Source of the DNA: Candidatus Yanofskybacteria bacterium
GTDB lineage: Bacteria; Patescibacteriota; Minisyncoccia; 2-02-FULL-40-12; GWA2-44-9
Direction of reading: 5' to 3'
Assembly (NCBI GenBank): GCA_020852375.1
Contig: JADZAY010000019.1
Location: 15,319-79,318, forward strand
DNA length: 64,000 nucleotides
The position numbers and the translations under genes were made by a program. Positions within the stretch are counted from its first letter, which is position 1; each line of letters opens with the position of its first letter. This document shows positions 26,898-37,383 of the stretch, in pieces. Under the pieces are notes generated by a model. It ran no database searches. It was not told the origin of the DNA and saw only the letters and a list, made by a program, of their open reading frames with translations.

Positions 26898-27962
26898 ATG
26901 CATGAGTCCCGACTCGCACACTACCTGAACGACGCCGAAAAAGCTGGCATGACGCTGGCTGATGTTGCTCGCGACCTCGCGAATGCGGGGTGGACTCCCG
27001 CGCATCTTGCTACTGCCATCGGATCTCCGATGGTTCCGTCGGGCACGATCGACGTGATCGAAGTTTCTGATCTGGTGAAGCGATACGGGCAATTCACAGC
27101 TGTTGGGGGCATCTCGTTCACCGTCCGGCGAGGGGAGATCTTCGGTATTCTTGGACCTAACGGAGCGGGAAAAACGACGACACTCGAGATGATCGAGGGC
27201 TTGCGAACGCCGACGGCGGGGACTATTCATATTGATGGCTTGAGTGTGACGACGCATACGAATGACGTGAAGCGGCGGATCGGCGTACAGCCTCAGGCGA
27301 GCACGTTCTTCGACGGACTTACCCTGCGGGAGACGCTCGCGCTGTTCGGCGCGCTGTACGGGCGCACAGTTGACCCCGAGGCACTGCTCGCCGATGTCCA
27401 GCTTGGAGAAAAAGCGGGGAGTATGGTCAAGGAGCTTTCCGGGGGACAGAAGCAGCGATTTTCCATTGCGGTTGGCTTGGTGAACGATCCGGTCGTGCTG
27501 TTCCTGGACGAGCCGACGACCGGATTGGACCCGCAGGCGCGTCGGAATCTCTGGGACCTTATTCGGCAGGTCAATGCTCGCGGCACAACCGTCGTGCTGA
27601 CGACCCACTATATGGATGAGGCCGAGGTGCTGTGCGACCGCATTGCGGTCATGGATCACGGTGCCATTGTGGCGCTCGATGCGACTGATCGCTTGCTCGC
27701 CGCGCACGGCGGCGATGCGGTGATCGAGTTTACGAGCGATCACCAGATCGGCGATGGCGTTCTTGCCGCATTGGCCGATGTACGCTCGGTCAGGCAGGCA
27801 GACGGCGTTCATTTTGTGACAACGGCACAGCCGCGGCATACACTCGATGAACTGTTCGGTGCTGGACGCGCGCACGGATTTTCCATCGGGGCGCTTACTC
27901 TGAAGCGCCCGACTTTGGAGGACGTGTTCTTGAATCTGACCGGACATCAACTTCGCGAATAA
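26898..27962 (+). CDS. ABC-2 type exporter ATP-binding protein
   Basis: GPNGAGKTT, LSGGQ, FLDEPTTGLDP and TTHYM motifs. Confidence 0.95.
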   Translation: MHESRLAHYLNDAEKAGMTLADVARDLANAGWTPAHLATAIGSPMVPSGTIDVIEVSDLVKRYGQFTAVGGISFTVRRGEIFGILGPNGAGKTTTLEMIEGLRTPTAGTIHIDGLSVTTHTNDVKRRIGVQPQASTFFDGLTLRETLALFGALYGRTVDPEALLADVQLGEKAGSMVKELSGGQKQRFSIAVGLVNDPVVLFLDEPTTGLDPQARRNLWDLIRQVNARGTTVVLTTHYMDEAEVLCDRIAVMDHGAIVALDATDRLLAAHGGDAVIEFTSDHQIGDGVLAALADVRSVRQADGVHFVTTAQPRHTLDELFGAGRAHGFSIGALTLKRPTLEDVFLNLTGHQLRE

Positions 27963-27968
27963 TCCATT

Positions 27969-29063
27969 ATGAATACTTTTCGCTCGCTTGTCGTATCGTC
28001 AGCACTCATTTTCCTGCGGAGCCGCCAGGCGCTGTTCTTTACGCTGTTCATGCCGTTGGTCATTATGTTTATTTTCGGGCTCATCGGGTTCGATAAGGCG
28101 CCGACCTACGATATCGGCGTTGTTGCGGCATCAGCGCAACCGGCAACCGTGCAATTTATCGACCGTCTCAAGGAGTTCGAGATGCTCAAGGTGCATGAGG
28201 GGTCGCTGGCGGACGAGCGAGCGGCGCTCGAGGCTGGGGAGCGCGTCGTAGTCCTGGTTATTCCCGGAGATCTGATTGATGCTGCTGGCGACGCTCCGAA
28301 GGAGGTGGTCGTGTATGTGAACGACGGGCAGCCTGCACAGGTGCAGTCGATCGTCTCGATGCTGAGCCAGTATCTCGACAAGACCAGCCTCGCGCTTGCG
28401 CACGCTCCGACCTTCTTCACGCTCCGCCAGGAGCGCGTGGAGTCGCGCGACTTGAAGTACATCGATTTCCTGCTCCCGGGGCTCATCGCGATGTCGGTCA
28501 TGCAGATGTCCGTTTTCTCGGTCGCGTTCCTTTTCGTGCAATACAAGGAGAAGGGAGTCCTCAAGCGGCTCGCCGCGACTCCGATGCGACCGTTCCAGTT
28601 CGTTGCGGCGAACGCGGTGACGCGATTGGCGGTGTCATTCGTCCAGACCGCTATCTTCATTCTGGTCGGAGTGCTCGTGCTCGATGCGACCGTCGTCGGC
28701 TCGTACTGGCTGATCGCGCTTTGCGTGATATTGGGAGCGCTCATGTTCCTGGGGCTCGGATTCACTGTGTCGGGCATCGCGAAGACCGTTGAATCAGTGC
28801 CAGCGCTCGCGAACCTTATCGTGTTCCCGATGCTGTTCTTGGGTGGGACATTCTTCCCTCTCTCCAGTATGCCCGAGTGGCTGCAGACCGGGGCCAAGCT
28901 TCTTCCATTGACCTTCTTCTCGACTCCGCTTCGCGAGGTTATGACCAAAGGTGCGGGATTTTCCGCGATCGCGGGTGATCTGCTCGGCATGGTGGTGTGG
29001 GGTGCCATTCTCATTGGCACCGCAACGCTGACGTTTGGACTCCAGGAACGCGATAGTGCATAA
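27969..29063 (+). CDS. ABC-2 type exporter permease
   Basis: YIDFLLPG, EKGVLKRL..TP and FLGGTFFP..MPEWLQ motifs; six TMs. Confidence 0.92.
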   Translation: MNTFRSLVVSSALIFLRSRQALFFTLFMPLVIMFIFGLIGFDKAPTYDIGVVAASAQPATVQFIDRLKEFEMLKVHEGSLADERAALEAGERVVVLVIPGDLIDAAGDAPKEVVVYVNDGQPAQVQSIVSMLSQYLDKTSLALAHAPTFFTLRQERVESRDLKYIDFLLPGLIAMSVMQMSVFSVAFLFVQYKEKGVLKRLAATPMRPFQFVAANAVTRLAVSFVQTAIFILVGVLVLDATVVGSYWLIALCVILGALMFLGLGFTVSGIAKTVESVPALANLIVFPMLFLGGTFFPLSSMPEWLQTGAKLLPLTFFSTPLREVMTKGAGFSAIAGDLLGMVVWGAILIGTATLTFGLQERDSA

Positions 29064-29094
29064 GTCATTGATGCCGACAGTGTATACTGGCGGC

Positions 29095-29541
29095 ATGATC
29101 CCCTCATACTTCTCGAAGCCGATCCTTGCGGTGCTGCGTATTGCGATGGGCTGGATGTTCTTGTACGCAGGCGTCACCAAGCTTCTCGATCCCGAGTGGT
29201 CGGCGGCCGGATATCTCCAGAACGCAAAAGCGCTGACCGGGTTGTACCACTGGCTTGCCAGTCCTGGCATCTTGCCTGTCACGAACGCGCTGAACGAATG
29301 GGGCCTCACGCTCCTTGGTATTTCGCTCACACTCGGCGCGTTCGTGCGTTTTAGCGCGCCGTTCGGCGCGCTGTTGATGGTGCTGTACTACCTGGCGCTT
29401 GGATTCCCATATCCGAACCCGAATGCATTTGTTATTGACCAGCACATCATCTTTGCGCTGGTGCTCATGTTCCTAGCAGCATCGAGCGCCGGGCGGTTTT
29501 GGGGTCTTGATGCGTGGCAGCGATTTAACCGCGCCAACTAG
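29095..29541 (+). CDS. DoxX/DoxD family membrane protein
   Basis: LRIAMGWMFLYAG..K…GRFWGLD. Confidence 0.85.
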   Translation: MIPSYFSKPILAVLRIAMGWMFLYAGVTKLLDPEWSAAGYLQNAKALTGLYHWLASPGILPVTNALNEWGLTLLGISLTLGAFVRFSAPFGALLMVLYYLALGFPYPNPNAFVIDQHIIFALVLMFLAASSAGRFWGLDAWQRFNRAN

Positions 29542-30056
29542 AATAAGAGGCGGTAGATGAACGATGCGACCGGATCGATGTCTGGTCCGTATGCGATGAT
29601 GCCGCCGAGCGCGCCGGTGAGCGTGATGAGCGTAAGTCCGACGATGCTGACGACATATGCGAAGCGCGTTTCTGTGATGCGCTGCCCAAGCGCGTGTATC
29701 ATGCGGAATGCGGAGGTATGACGCAGGCGCGTGAATACCTGTTCACGCTCCATCCACTGCGCGGCATAGGCGATGGAGAGTATTCCAAACACGCCGAGCG
29801 TTGCAGTTGCGAGTGATGAATGAAGCTCGACGATACGGGCGGTTGTCGTCCCGTCGTAGAGGTGTTCGAGGAGCTCTCCGGTTTGCAAGGCAATGAATCC
29901 ACTGATCGTGCCGGCGATCACCAGGAATGCCTTCGTATGGAAGATGTAGGACTTCTGGAGAACTCGGCGAAACCGGACAAGCTCGAGCGTGGCGGCGAGT
30001 GTGAGGAGGGCAACCGGGAAATGCACGAAGATCGGATGAATATTGAGAGGTGTCAT
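29538..30056 (-). CDS. DUF2231-like membrane protein
   Basis: HPIFVHFPVA, TGE…H and TGALGG.IAYG motifs. Confidence 0.8.
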   Translation of the reverse strand: MTPLNIHPIFVHFPVALLTLAATLELVRFRRVLQKSYIFHTKAFLVIAGTISGFIALQTGELLEHLYDGTTTARIVELHSSLATATLGVFGILSIAYAAQWMEREQVFTRLRHTSAFRMIHALGQRITETRFAYVVSIVGLTLITLTGALGGIIAYGPDIDPVASFIYRLLF

Positions 30057-30154
30057 ATGCAGGCATCATACGCCTCCCCGGGATTGAAGCAATCTTGTAT
30101 CGCCGACGTGTCTGCGTATACTGTCGGGTACAGCTCTTTTCACGGGAGGCCATA

Positions 30155-30706
30155 GTGACCACGGTGCTTGGCTACCACTCAGCGGATGAGTTTTTCCGGG
30201 ATGCTCTCACTGCAGCGATGCAGCGCGAGCGCATTCATGTTTCCGCGCTCGCAGAGTTCTACCTTACGACGCTGCTTGCCCGTCCTGCGGGCTGGAGTGC
30301 TCGGTCCGGCTTGCCGCTGAGCACTCGGTTCGTTCAGGCGATCGGGATGCCGCATACCTCAGCGGAACGGGCGCGCCTGCTTCGTGAGGTTGGCGACGAT
30401 GCGCTCACAAGCTTCGTCTGGTGGCAGTTGGAGTCTCGCCGTCGCTCCGGAAGTCTCGCGCTGTATCGGCATCTGGGGGAGCGTGCGTATCTCCACTGCG
30501 GAGCGTGCCCATTCCATGAACTGGGGACTAAATTTCGCCGCATCTCGGATGCCATGGCTCGATGCGGTACGGCGCTGGGAGCGTTGCGACCTCCCGATGT
30601 CCTTCGGCTCTACGAGCTTTGGGCGGAAACGGGAAGCGAGTACGCTGCACGCGCAGTCACCGAACTCGGCCTCTTTTTCGCCGGGAGCGGAGATGCCCAC
30701 GACTGA
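30155..30706 (+). CDS. hypothetical protein
   Basis: GGGAGG SD and GTG start; LREVGDDAL…Y..LG.RAY…LYE.W..TGS. Confidence 0.65.
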   Translation: MTTVLGYHSADEFFRDALTAAMQRERIHVSALAEFYLTTLLARPAGWSARSGLPLSTRFVQAIGMPHTSAERARLLREVGDDALTSFVWWQLESRRRSGSLALYRHLGERAYLHCGACPFHELGTKFRRISDAMARCGTALGALRPPDVLRLYELWAETGSEYAARAVTELGLFFAGSGDAHD

Positions 30707-30752
30707 TCGTGGGCGTTTTTCTTTTCCTATTTTTGTGCTATAATACAGCACT

Positions 30753-31556
30753 ATGTCCGCTCCGACCCGCTCTCGCATACTGCTCGGTGTGGGGATCTGT
30801 GCGGTGCTTGCCGCTGTCGTTTGGCGTGGCGTTATCCGCGATGCGGTTGTCGAACTGGCGAAGCCGCCAGTGCCCAGCGAGCAGCCGCGGTTCTCGCCGA
30901 CTCCCGCGCTATCGGCGGTCGTTGTTCGGCCCTCGGTATCCGCAACACCCGGTCCGGTGAACCTTGCCGTGCCGTTCTCCTCGCAGGCGCCGTTCGGCGA
31001 CTGGTCGCTTCCATGGCAGGAGGCGTGTGAGGAGGCGAGCGCACTTTTGGTGGATGCATACTGGCGCGGGGCGACGGTTTCGGCAGACAGTGTTGCTGCC
31101 GAGATCCAGCGCCTTGTCGCATGGGAACAGGAGCGGTTCGGGTACTACCAGCATACGACCGCGGCCGAAACCGCGCTGATGCTCCGTGAAGTGTACGGAT
31201 ACCGCCGCGTCGATGTTGAATATGGAGTGGGTACCGAGCGCATCGCGGAACATGTGCGCGCCGGGCGCCCGGTCATTGTGCCGCTTGCCGGGCGTTTGCT
31301 GGGGAACAAATACTATACGCAACCCGGCCCGGCGTACCATATGTTGGTCGTCAAAGGCGTGGCGGAGAACGGAGATATCATTACGAACGACGTCGGAACT
31401 CGGCACGGGCGAAATCTTACCTATGCGCCAGCAGTATTCCTGAACGCCATGCATGATGTGCCGCAAGGCGGCGACGCATGGCCTGCCGATATTGATCCCG
31501 CCGAATACATCAAAACCGGGCGGCGAGCTATTATCGTTGTGTATCCGAACGAATAA
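30753..31556 (+). CDS. membrane-anchored peptidase C39-like protein
   Basis: VPFSSQAP…QEACEEAS…GRPVIVP…YHMLVVKG…ITNDVGT. Confidence 0.85.
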   Translation: MSAPTRSRILLGVGICAVLAAVVWRGVIRDAVVELAKPPVPSEQPRFSPTPALSAVVVRPSVSATPGPVNLAVPFSSQAPFGDWSLPWQEACEEASALLVDAYWRGATVSADSVAAEIQRLVAWEQERFGYYQHTTAAETALMLREVYGYRRVDVEYGVGTERIAEHVRAGRPVIVPLAGRLLGNKYYTQPGPAYHMLVVKGVAENGDIITNDVGTRHGRNLTYAPAVFLNAMHDVPQGGDAWPADIDPAEYIKTGRRAIIVVYPNE

Positions 31557-31600
31557 AACCGCCGGAGTCTCCGGCGGCGATCTCTCTGGTAGGTTTTTGC

Positions 31601-32941
31601 TTAGTGTGCGATACGAAGCCGCCGGCGGAGCAGGAAGAACAGAGCGACCGCTTCGATCGAGACTGATATCACATATGCGCATCCCAGCGCATTGATGCCG
31701 AGCGACGGTATGAGGGCGCGGGCAAGCGCCCAAATGAGTCCGAGTCCCGGCACGGAGATGAAGATAGGGGTCCAGGTGTCTTTTAGCGCGTAGAACGCGC
31801 GTACGAAGAGATGGATGAAACTCTCTGCCGGTATGGAAAGCGCAAATACTGCAAGGAGGCGAGCGGTTGCGGCGACCTGCTCGGAGCCGAACCGTCCGCC
31901 ACCGAGGAAGAGGTCGATAACAAGCCGCCCTGCAATCATGTAGAACGCGGCAGAGAGGAGTGTAACCAGTGCGAGCGGCTGCGCTGCTCCTTTTAATGCG
32001 CGCATGAACGCCGCATCGTCGTTGAGCGCCGCGGCCCGGGAAAGCGAGGCGAAGACCGCTGTCGAAAAGGAGATGCCAAACAGGGCGACCGGGACCGATT
32101 GGAAATTCCGTGCAAAGCTCAAAATAGCGATCGAGCCGACGGCGAGCGATGATGCGAGATTCGTGAACAAGAAAAAGGTGATCTGCTCGACGGGTTGTCC
32201 CGCCATACGAGGGATCATAAGCTTCAACACTTGGCGGAATTCCGGATGCGCGAGATCGATCGGTCCTGACGGGCGGAAGCGAGATCGCCACAGCGCAATG
32301 ATCCGCGTGCAGAGGTGAAGCGCTGCGCCGCCGACCGTACCGATCACCAAGCCGACAGGTCCGAGCGCGGGGACCAGAAATACGCCCCCGATGATACCAA
32401 TGTTGTAGAGTATGGGAGACGTCCCGTATCCGACGAATCGCTCGAGAGAAACGAGAATACTTCCGAGCGTGTTGGAGAGCGCGAACAGGATCGGAGAGAG
32501 GAGCATAAAGCGGCTCATGCGGATCAGGAGGGCCATCTCATCGGGGGAGAATCCTGGCGCCACAATGCCCGCAATCTGCGGCATAAAGAGAAGGGCGAGG
32601 ATGCCGATCACCAGCATCGCGCCGGGGGCGCCCACAAGCATGGTTGCCGCCAGTTGGCGGGCGTCATCAGAGCGTTCTCGAGCGAGAAGGTGGGTGAAGA
32701 CGGGTACGAACGCAGCTGCGAGCGCTCCGGCAACGAAGACGTTCAGGAGGGTGTCGGGGACGATGAATGCCGCGTTGTAGACATCGAGCAGGCGCCCCGC
32801 GCCCAGCATCCGCGCAAACAGCATGTCGCGTACCAATCCCAGAAGGTAGCTCGCGAACGTAAGCGCGGTCAGGAGTGTTGCTCCGCGGCGAAATACCGAG
32901 CCGAACAGATAGTCCCAGATCTTTTGCATTGCAGTGTCCAT
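31601..32941 (-). CDS. murJ: lipid II flippase MurJ (MviN)
   Basis: SYLLGLVRD, AAFIVPD, AAFVPVF, PVALFG.S..TAVF and RAFYA..DT.TP motifs. Confidence 0.9.
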   Translation of the reverse strand: MDTAMQKIWDYLFGSVFRRGATLLTALTFASYLLGLVRDMLFARMLGAGRLLDVYNAAFIVPDTLLNVFVAGALAAAFVPVFTHLLARERSDDARQLAATMLVGAPGAMLVIGILALLFMPQIAGIVAPGFSPDEMALLIRMSRFMLLSPILFALSNTLGSILVSLERFVGYGTSPILYNIGIIGGVFLVPALGPVGLVIGTVGGAALHLCTRIIALWRSRFRPSGPIDLAHPEFRQVLKLMIPRMAGQPVEQITFFLFTNLASSLAVGSIAILSFARNFQSVPVALFGISFSTAVFASLSRAAALNDDAAFMRALKGAAQPLALVTLLSAAFYMIAGRLVIDLFLGGGRFGSEQVAATARLLAVFALSIPAESFIHLFVRAFYALKDTWTPIFISVPGLGLIWALARALIPSLGINALGCAYVISVSIEAVALFFLLRRRLRIAH

Positions 32942-33057
32942 CGTACCGCACTCGAGCCGCGTGTTCCAGCGGTTGACTGCCCATTGTGGGCGGCGTAGGG
33001 TTGATTCCGGCCGCGCTCTCGGGGGAGCCGGAATGTGATATGATACATACGTTCACT

Positions 33058-34650
33058 ATGAAACACCTTTTTTCGTGGTTTTTGCATCTTTCTCGGGGCG
33101 CTCGGATTGCTGTGGGCGCCGGTGCCGCGATCTTTTTGATCGTTATCGTGCGTGTAGTCGTGGGTGGCGGTACCGACGCCAACCGTTTTATCGCGGTCAC
33201 TCGGGGATCCGTCCAGCAGATCGTATCGGTAACCGGGCGGGTGAAGGCGACGCAAGACGTTGAACTCGCATTTCAAGGGACGGGGCGTGTCGCCCAGGTG
33301 GGTGCGCGCGTCGGTGATCGTGTGGTTCCGGGACAGATCTTAGCGAGCCTCGATAATGCCGAGCTGAATGCCCAGCTCCGCGATGCACAGGCGAATGTGC
33401 TTGCCCAACAGGCGAAGCTTCAAGAGCTTGAGGGTGGTGGCAGAGCTGAGGAGATCGCGATCAAAGAGTCTGAACTTCGCAAAGCGCAGCAGGACCTCGA
33501 AAATGCATACGCGAATGTGTACGACGTGCTGCTCGATGCGTACACGAAGACCGACAACGCAGTGCGCATTCAGACGGCTCAGATCCTGCTGAGCGTAGGA
33601 AGCGAAACGGTCCCGCAGTACCAGCTGGCATTCACCTGCGCATGCGACCAGCTTCAGCGCGACGCACTTTCGAAGCGTGTCAGCGCGGAAGTCGCGCTGC
33701 ATCGATGGCAGCAGGAGCTGAACGGTATCTCACTGAGCAGCTCTCCGGAAATGCTCATGAAGGCGCTTCGGAACGCTCGGGGGTATACCCAGACCGCGAA
33801 AGAGCTTCTCGCGCTCACCCAGGGCATTCTCGACAATAGCAGCGTCCAGGTTGACTCGGATACGCTACAAACCTACCGGACCAATGTGAATACCGGGCGA
33901 GCAAACATTGTTGCCGCACAGACGGCGGTCAACACTCAGGACCAGCTGGTCGCAACAAATATCCTAACGGTTGAGCGCGTGACGGGCGAGCTCGCGCTTA
34001 CCAAGGCGGGCTCGACGCCCGAACAGGTCACGGCCCAACGTGCGGTAGTTCTCTCCGCCGAGGCGCAGGCACAGCGGATCCAGGCGCAGATCGCTAAGAA
34101 CATCATTCGGAGCCCATTGAAGGGGATCGTGACCCGGCAGGATGCAAAGGTCGGGCAGACCGCAACATCCGGGCAAGCCTTGGTTGCGGTCATCTCTGAT
34201 CAGGATCTCGAGATCGAGGCGAACGTTCCCGAAGTTGATATCGGACGGCTTGCGATCGGCAATCCGGTGCGGATGACCGTGGACGCCCTTCCGGGGCAGA
34301 CACTCGCGGCGCGGGTGACGTTCATTGATCCCGCCGAGACCGTTATCGACGGTGTGGTGAACTTCAAGGTGACCGTTCTTTTAGATGCCCCGAACACCGG
34401 TCTGAAGAGCGGTCTGACCGTTAACTTGGACATCGAGTCCGCTCGCCGAGAGGGTGTCCTACTATTGCCGCAGTTCACGATCATCGAGGATGATCGGGGC
34501 GCGTTCGTCAAAAAGCTTGTTGGGGACGCAACGATGGAAGCATCGGTGGTGCTGGGGCTTCGCGGGCAGGACGGCACCGTTGAGATCGTCTCGGGTCTTT
34601 CCGAAGGGGATCGCGTCGAGAATATCGGCATCAAGCGGAATGGCAACTAG
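33058..34650 (+). CDS. MacA/HlyD-family membrane fusion (periplasmic adaptor) protein
   Basis: TM; lipoyl halves (VGDRV..GQILASLD; IRSPLKGIV); long coiled coil; EANVPEVDI; VEIVSGLSEGD. Confidence 0.88.
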   Translation: MKHLFSWFLHLSRGARIAVGAGAAIFLIVIVRVVVGGGTDANRFIAVTRGSVQQIVSVTGRVKATQDVELAFQGTGRVAQVGARVGDRVVPGQILASLDNAELNAQLRDAQANVLAQQAKLQELEGGGRAEEIAIKESELRKAQQDLENAYANVYDVLLDAYTKTDNAVRIQTAQILLSVGSETVPQYQLAFTCACDQLQRDALSKRVSAEVALHRWQQELNGISLSSSPEMLMKALRNARGYTQTAKELLALTQGILDNSSVQVDSDTLQTYRTNVNTGRANIVAAQTAVNTQDQLVATNILTVERVTGELALTKAGSTPEQVTAQRAVVLSAEAQAQRIQAQIAKNIIRSPLKGIVTRQDAKVGQTATSGQALVAVISDQDLEIEANVPEVDIGRLAIGNPVRMTVDALPGQTLAARVTFIDPAETVIDGVVNFKVTVLLDAPNTGLKSGLTVNLDIESARREGVLLLPQFTIIEDDRGAFVKKLVGDATMEASVVLGLRGQDGTVEIVSGLSEGDRVENIGIKRNGN

Positions 34651-34658
34651 CGGCATTC

Positions 34659-35372
34659 ATGATCGAGCTTGAACATCTCGGAAAAGTATATCGCGAGAAT
34701 GGAGGAGAGCTGTCGACGGTCGCACTGACCGATGTTACTTTTTCCATACAGAAAGGGGAGTTCGTCGCCATTATGGGCCCTTCTGGTTCGGGGAAATCCA
34801 CACTCCTTCATATTCTCGACTTCCTTGATCGTCCGACGAGCGGCGCATATCGGTTCATGGGGCGAGATACTTCGACATTGACCGACATTGAGCTTGCCCA
34901 TTTACGGAACAAGGAGATGGGGTTCGTGTTTCAGGCATTTAATCTATTGAGTCGGGCGAGTGTGCACGAGAATGTCGAACTTCCACTCATGTATGCTCCG
35001 ATACCGCAATTTCGACGCCAAGAACTGGTGGAGCGAGCTGTACGTGCAGTGGGACTTGAAGAAAAGATCCAGTCGCCTGCCGCGAACCTTTCGGGAGGGC
35101 AAAAGCAGCGCGTTGCGATCGCGCGCGCACTGGTGAACGATCCGAGCATTATTTTTGCAGACGAGCCGACCGGTAACCTCGACTCGAAGAGTGGTGGTCA
35201 GATCATGGAGATACTGCAGGGACTCAACGACGCGGGGCGTACCATCATTCTGGTGACGCATGAGACCTATACCGCCCGCTATGCGGGGCGCCTCATCGCC
35301 TTGCGGGATGGGGGAGTTGAGCGTGATGAGCCAATTACCGATCGGAATAAAGGGAACGGTCTCTTCAAATAA
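34659..35372 (+). CDS. MacB/LolD-type ABC ATP-binding protein
   Basis: [26 protein letters not shown] and ADEPTGNLD motifs. Confidence 0.95.
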   Translation: MIELEHLGKVYRENGGELSTVALTDVTFSIQKGEFVAIMGPSGSGKSTLLHILDFLDRPTSGAYRFMGRDTSTLTDIELAHLRNKEMGFVFQAFNLLSRASVHENVELPLMYAPIPQFRRQELVERAVRAVGLEEKIQSPAANLSGGQKQRVAIARALVNDPSIIFADEPTGNLDSKSGGQIMEILQGLNDAGRTIILVTHETYTARYAGRLIALRDGGVERDEPITDRNKGNGLFK

Positions 35373-35374
35373 CC

Positions 35375-36604
35375 ATGCAGTTCAACGACGCCATTCGCTC
35401 ATCGCTTCGCGGTCTGCGGCAGAACAAGATCAGGACGACCCTGACGATGCTCGGCATCATTATTGGTGTCTCTTCGGTCATTCTGATCATGTCGATCGGT
35501 CGCTCGGCGGAGCGATATATTATCGACCAAGTCCAGAGCTTTGGATCGAACCTGATCAGCGTCAACCCCGGTGCTCCCACGAAGGGTGCGCCAGCGATCG
35601 CCCAAGGCATTGTGATCAAGACGCTGGTCCAGCGCGATGTGGATTCGCTCGAGCGCGAGCCGTCGATCGTTTCCGTCGCGGCTCGGGTGAGCGGGCAATC
35701 GCGATTCTCCTACGGAAACACCAGCAAGTCGGTCGTGTGGCATGCGATGCCCCCGAATGTCTTTTCGATGTTCAATATCGAGTTGAGTCGCGGGCAGTAT
35801 TATACCGAGGCGGACTCGCAGGCGTACAATAAGGTCATTATTCTGGGTCAGGAGTTGGCGAACGATCTGTTCGGGAATGCCGATCCGATTGGTCGGAGTG
35901 TGCGCGTGAAGGATTTCAATTTCCGCGTCGTTGGCATCATGAAGCCGAAGGGCGCAGGCATCTTTAGCTTTGATGAGAGCGCTATTCTCCCGCTGACCGT
36001 TGGTCAGAAGCAGCTACTGGGTATCGACTACTACCAAGAGATCCACGCGGAGATCGATCCGGTATATGATGCGAGCTTTGTGAAGTCGCGCATCACTTCC
36101 ATCTTGCGACAGAATCACCGTATCACCGACCCGTCGAAGGACGATTTCATGGTCGCCTCGATGGAGGAGGCGCTTTCGATCATCCAAAATGTCACGTCTG
36201 CACTAACGGTGTTCCTGTCCGCGATCGCGGCGATCTCGCTGGTGGTCGGCGGCATCGGCATTATGAATATTATGCTGGTATCCGTGGTCGAGCGCACCCG
36301 AGAGATCGGGCTTCGAAAGGCGCTTGGCGCCACCGAGGCGGACATTCTTCGCCAGTTCCTTGTGGAGTCGGTCATTCTCACCTCGATTGGTGGAGCGATC
36401 GGCATTACCGCAGGTGCGTTCTTCACCATTGCGACGTATTTTGGTGTCACGTATATCGCGAAATTTGCGTGGCCGTTGCAATTCCCGCTCTCTGCGGTCA
36501 TCATCGCAGTGACGGTCTCGGTGCTGACCGGATTGGTGTTCGGCGTGTATCCTGCACGCCAGGCCGCTCGGAAGAATCCTATCGACGCGCTTCGATACGA
36601 GTGA
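35375..36604 (+). CDS. MacB/FtsX-like ABC permease
   Basis: RTTLTMLGIIIGV, ISLVVGGIGIMNIMLVSVVERTREIG and PIDALRYE motifs. Confidence 0.95.
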   Translation: MQFNDAIRSSLRGLRQNKIRTTLTMLGIIIGVSSVILIMSIGRSAERYIIDQVQSFGSNLISVNPGAPTKGAPAIAQGIVIKTLVQRDVDSLEREPSIVSVAARVSGQSRFSYGNTSKSVVWHAMPPNVFSMFNIELSRGQYYTEADSQAYNKVIILGQELANDLFGNADPIGRSVRVKDFNFRVVGIMKPKGAGIFSFDESAILPLTVGQKQLLGIDYYQEIHAEIDPVYDASFVKSRITSILRQNHRITDPSKDDFMVASMEEALSIIQNVTSALTVFLSAIAAISLVVGGIGIMNIMLVSVVERTREIGLRKALGATEADILRQFLVESVILTSIGGAIGITAGAFFTIATYFGVTYIAKFAWPLQFPLSAVIIAVTVSVLTGLVFGVYPARQAARKNPIDALRYE

Positions 36605-36609
36605 TCGAT

Positions 36610-36985
36610 ACCCCGCCTCCCATGCCCGGCACATCCCCCTCGGACGCGCTTGCCGCCCCTGCGCGGCGGCTTCGCTCTGCACTCGGTGCCGGACCCGTCA
36701 AGGAGTGACCCTTGACGGGTCCGTGCTCCGGCATTCGTGACGGTCCTCAGGGGACATGCCGGGCACGGGAGCGCGGAGACACCCCCACATCGCCGTCATG
36801 CCTTCCGGAGGCTTCCGAGCGGAAGGAATCACTGGCATCCGTCGGCATCGCCCGGATGCCACACACCTCGCGAGTGCCGACGGAGGGCATGGCGGAGAGG
36901 CGGGGGGGGATGTGCTGAGTAGGAAGGATCCTCTGCCTACCGGCAAGCAGGACGGATGGGAGCGATCCCTTCTCAACTTCAGCCG
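36610..36985. repeat. cluster of three long GC-rich stem-loops, including a CPR-type CTGCCTACCGGCAAGCAGG palindrome
   Basis: Paired arms at about 36613-36638/36749-36776, 36782-36806/36881-36908 and 36914-36932/36959-36983. Confidence 0.6.
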
Positions 36986-37026
36986 TCCTGTGCTAGGATG
37001 GCCTGCGGACCTAATGTATTTATCAT

Positions 37027-37380
37027 ATGAGCAAAAGCGTTCAGGAGATATTCGGTCGGTTGCAGGAGAAGCGCCAGCAGGCGCGCATCATTTCAAGCAA
37101 GTATAAAGCGGAGCTTGCCGCGTCGCACGACTATCAGCAGATCAAAGAACAGATGGAGAAGCTTCGTGAGCGGAAGAAGAAGCACGAAGCATCGGTGCGC
37201 GAGCAGGCCGGAGCGAATTTTTCTCGCATGGAGGAGCTGAAGTTCGCCATCAAGCAGGATGCGCAGCTGCTTTCGGACGTCGCGCTTACCGCGATCATGA
37301 AAGGCGAATCCGTTCAGATCAAGGACGAGCACGTCGAATACGAACCCGTTTTCACAGTTCGCTTCCGTAAGACGAAATAG
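37027..37380 (+). CDS. coiled-coil hypothetical protein
   Basis: 117-aa charged helical ORF ending YEPVFTVRFRK. Confidence 0.8.
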   Translation: MSKSVQEIFGRLQEKRQQARIISSKYKAELAASHDYQQIKEQMEKLRERKKKHEASVREQAGANFSRMEELKFAIKQDAQLLSDVALTAIMKGESVQIKDEHVEYEPVFTVRFRKTK

Positions 37381-37383
37381 TAT

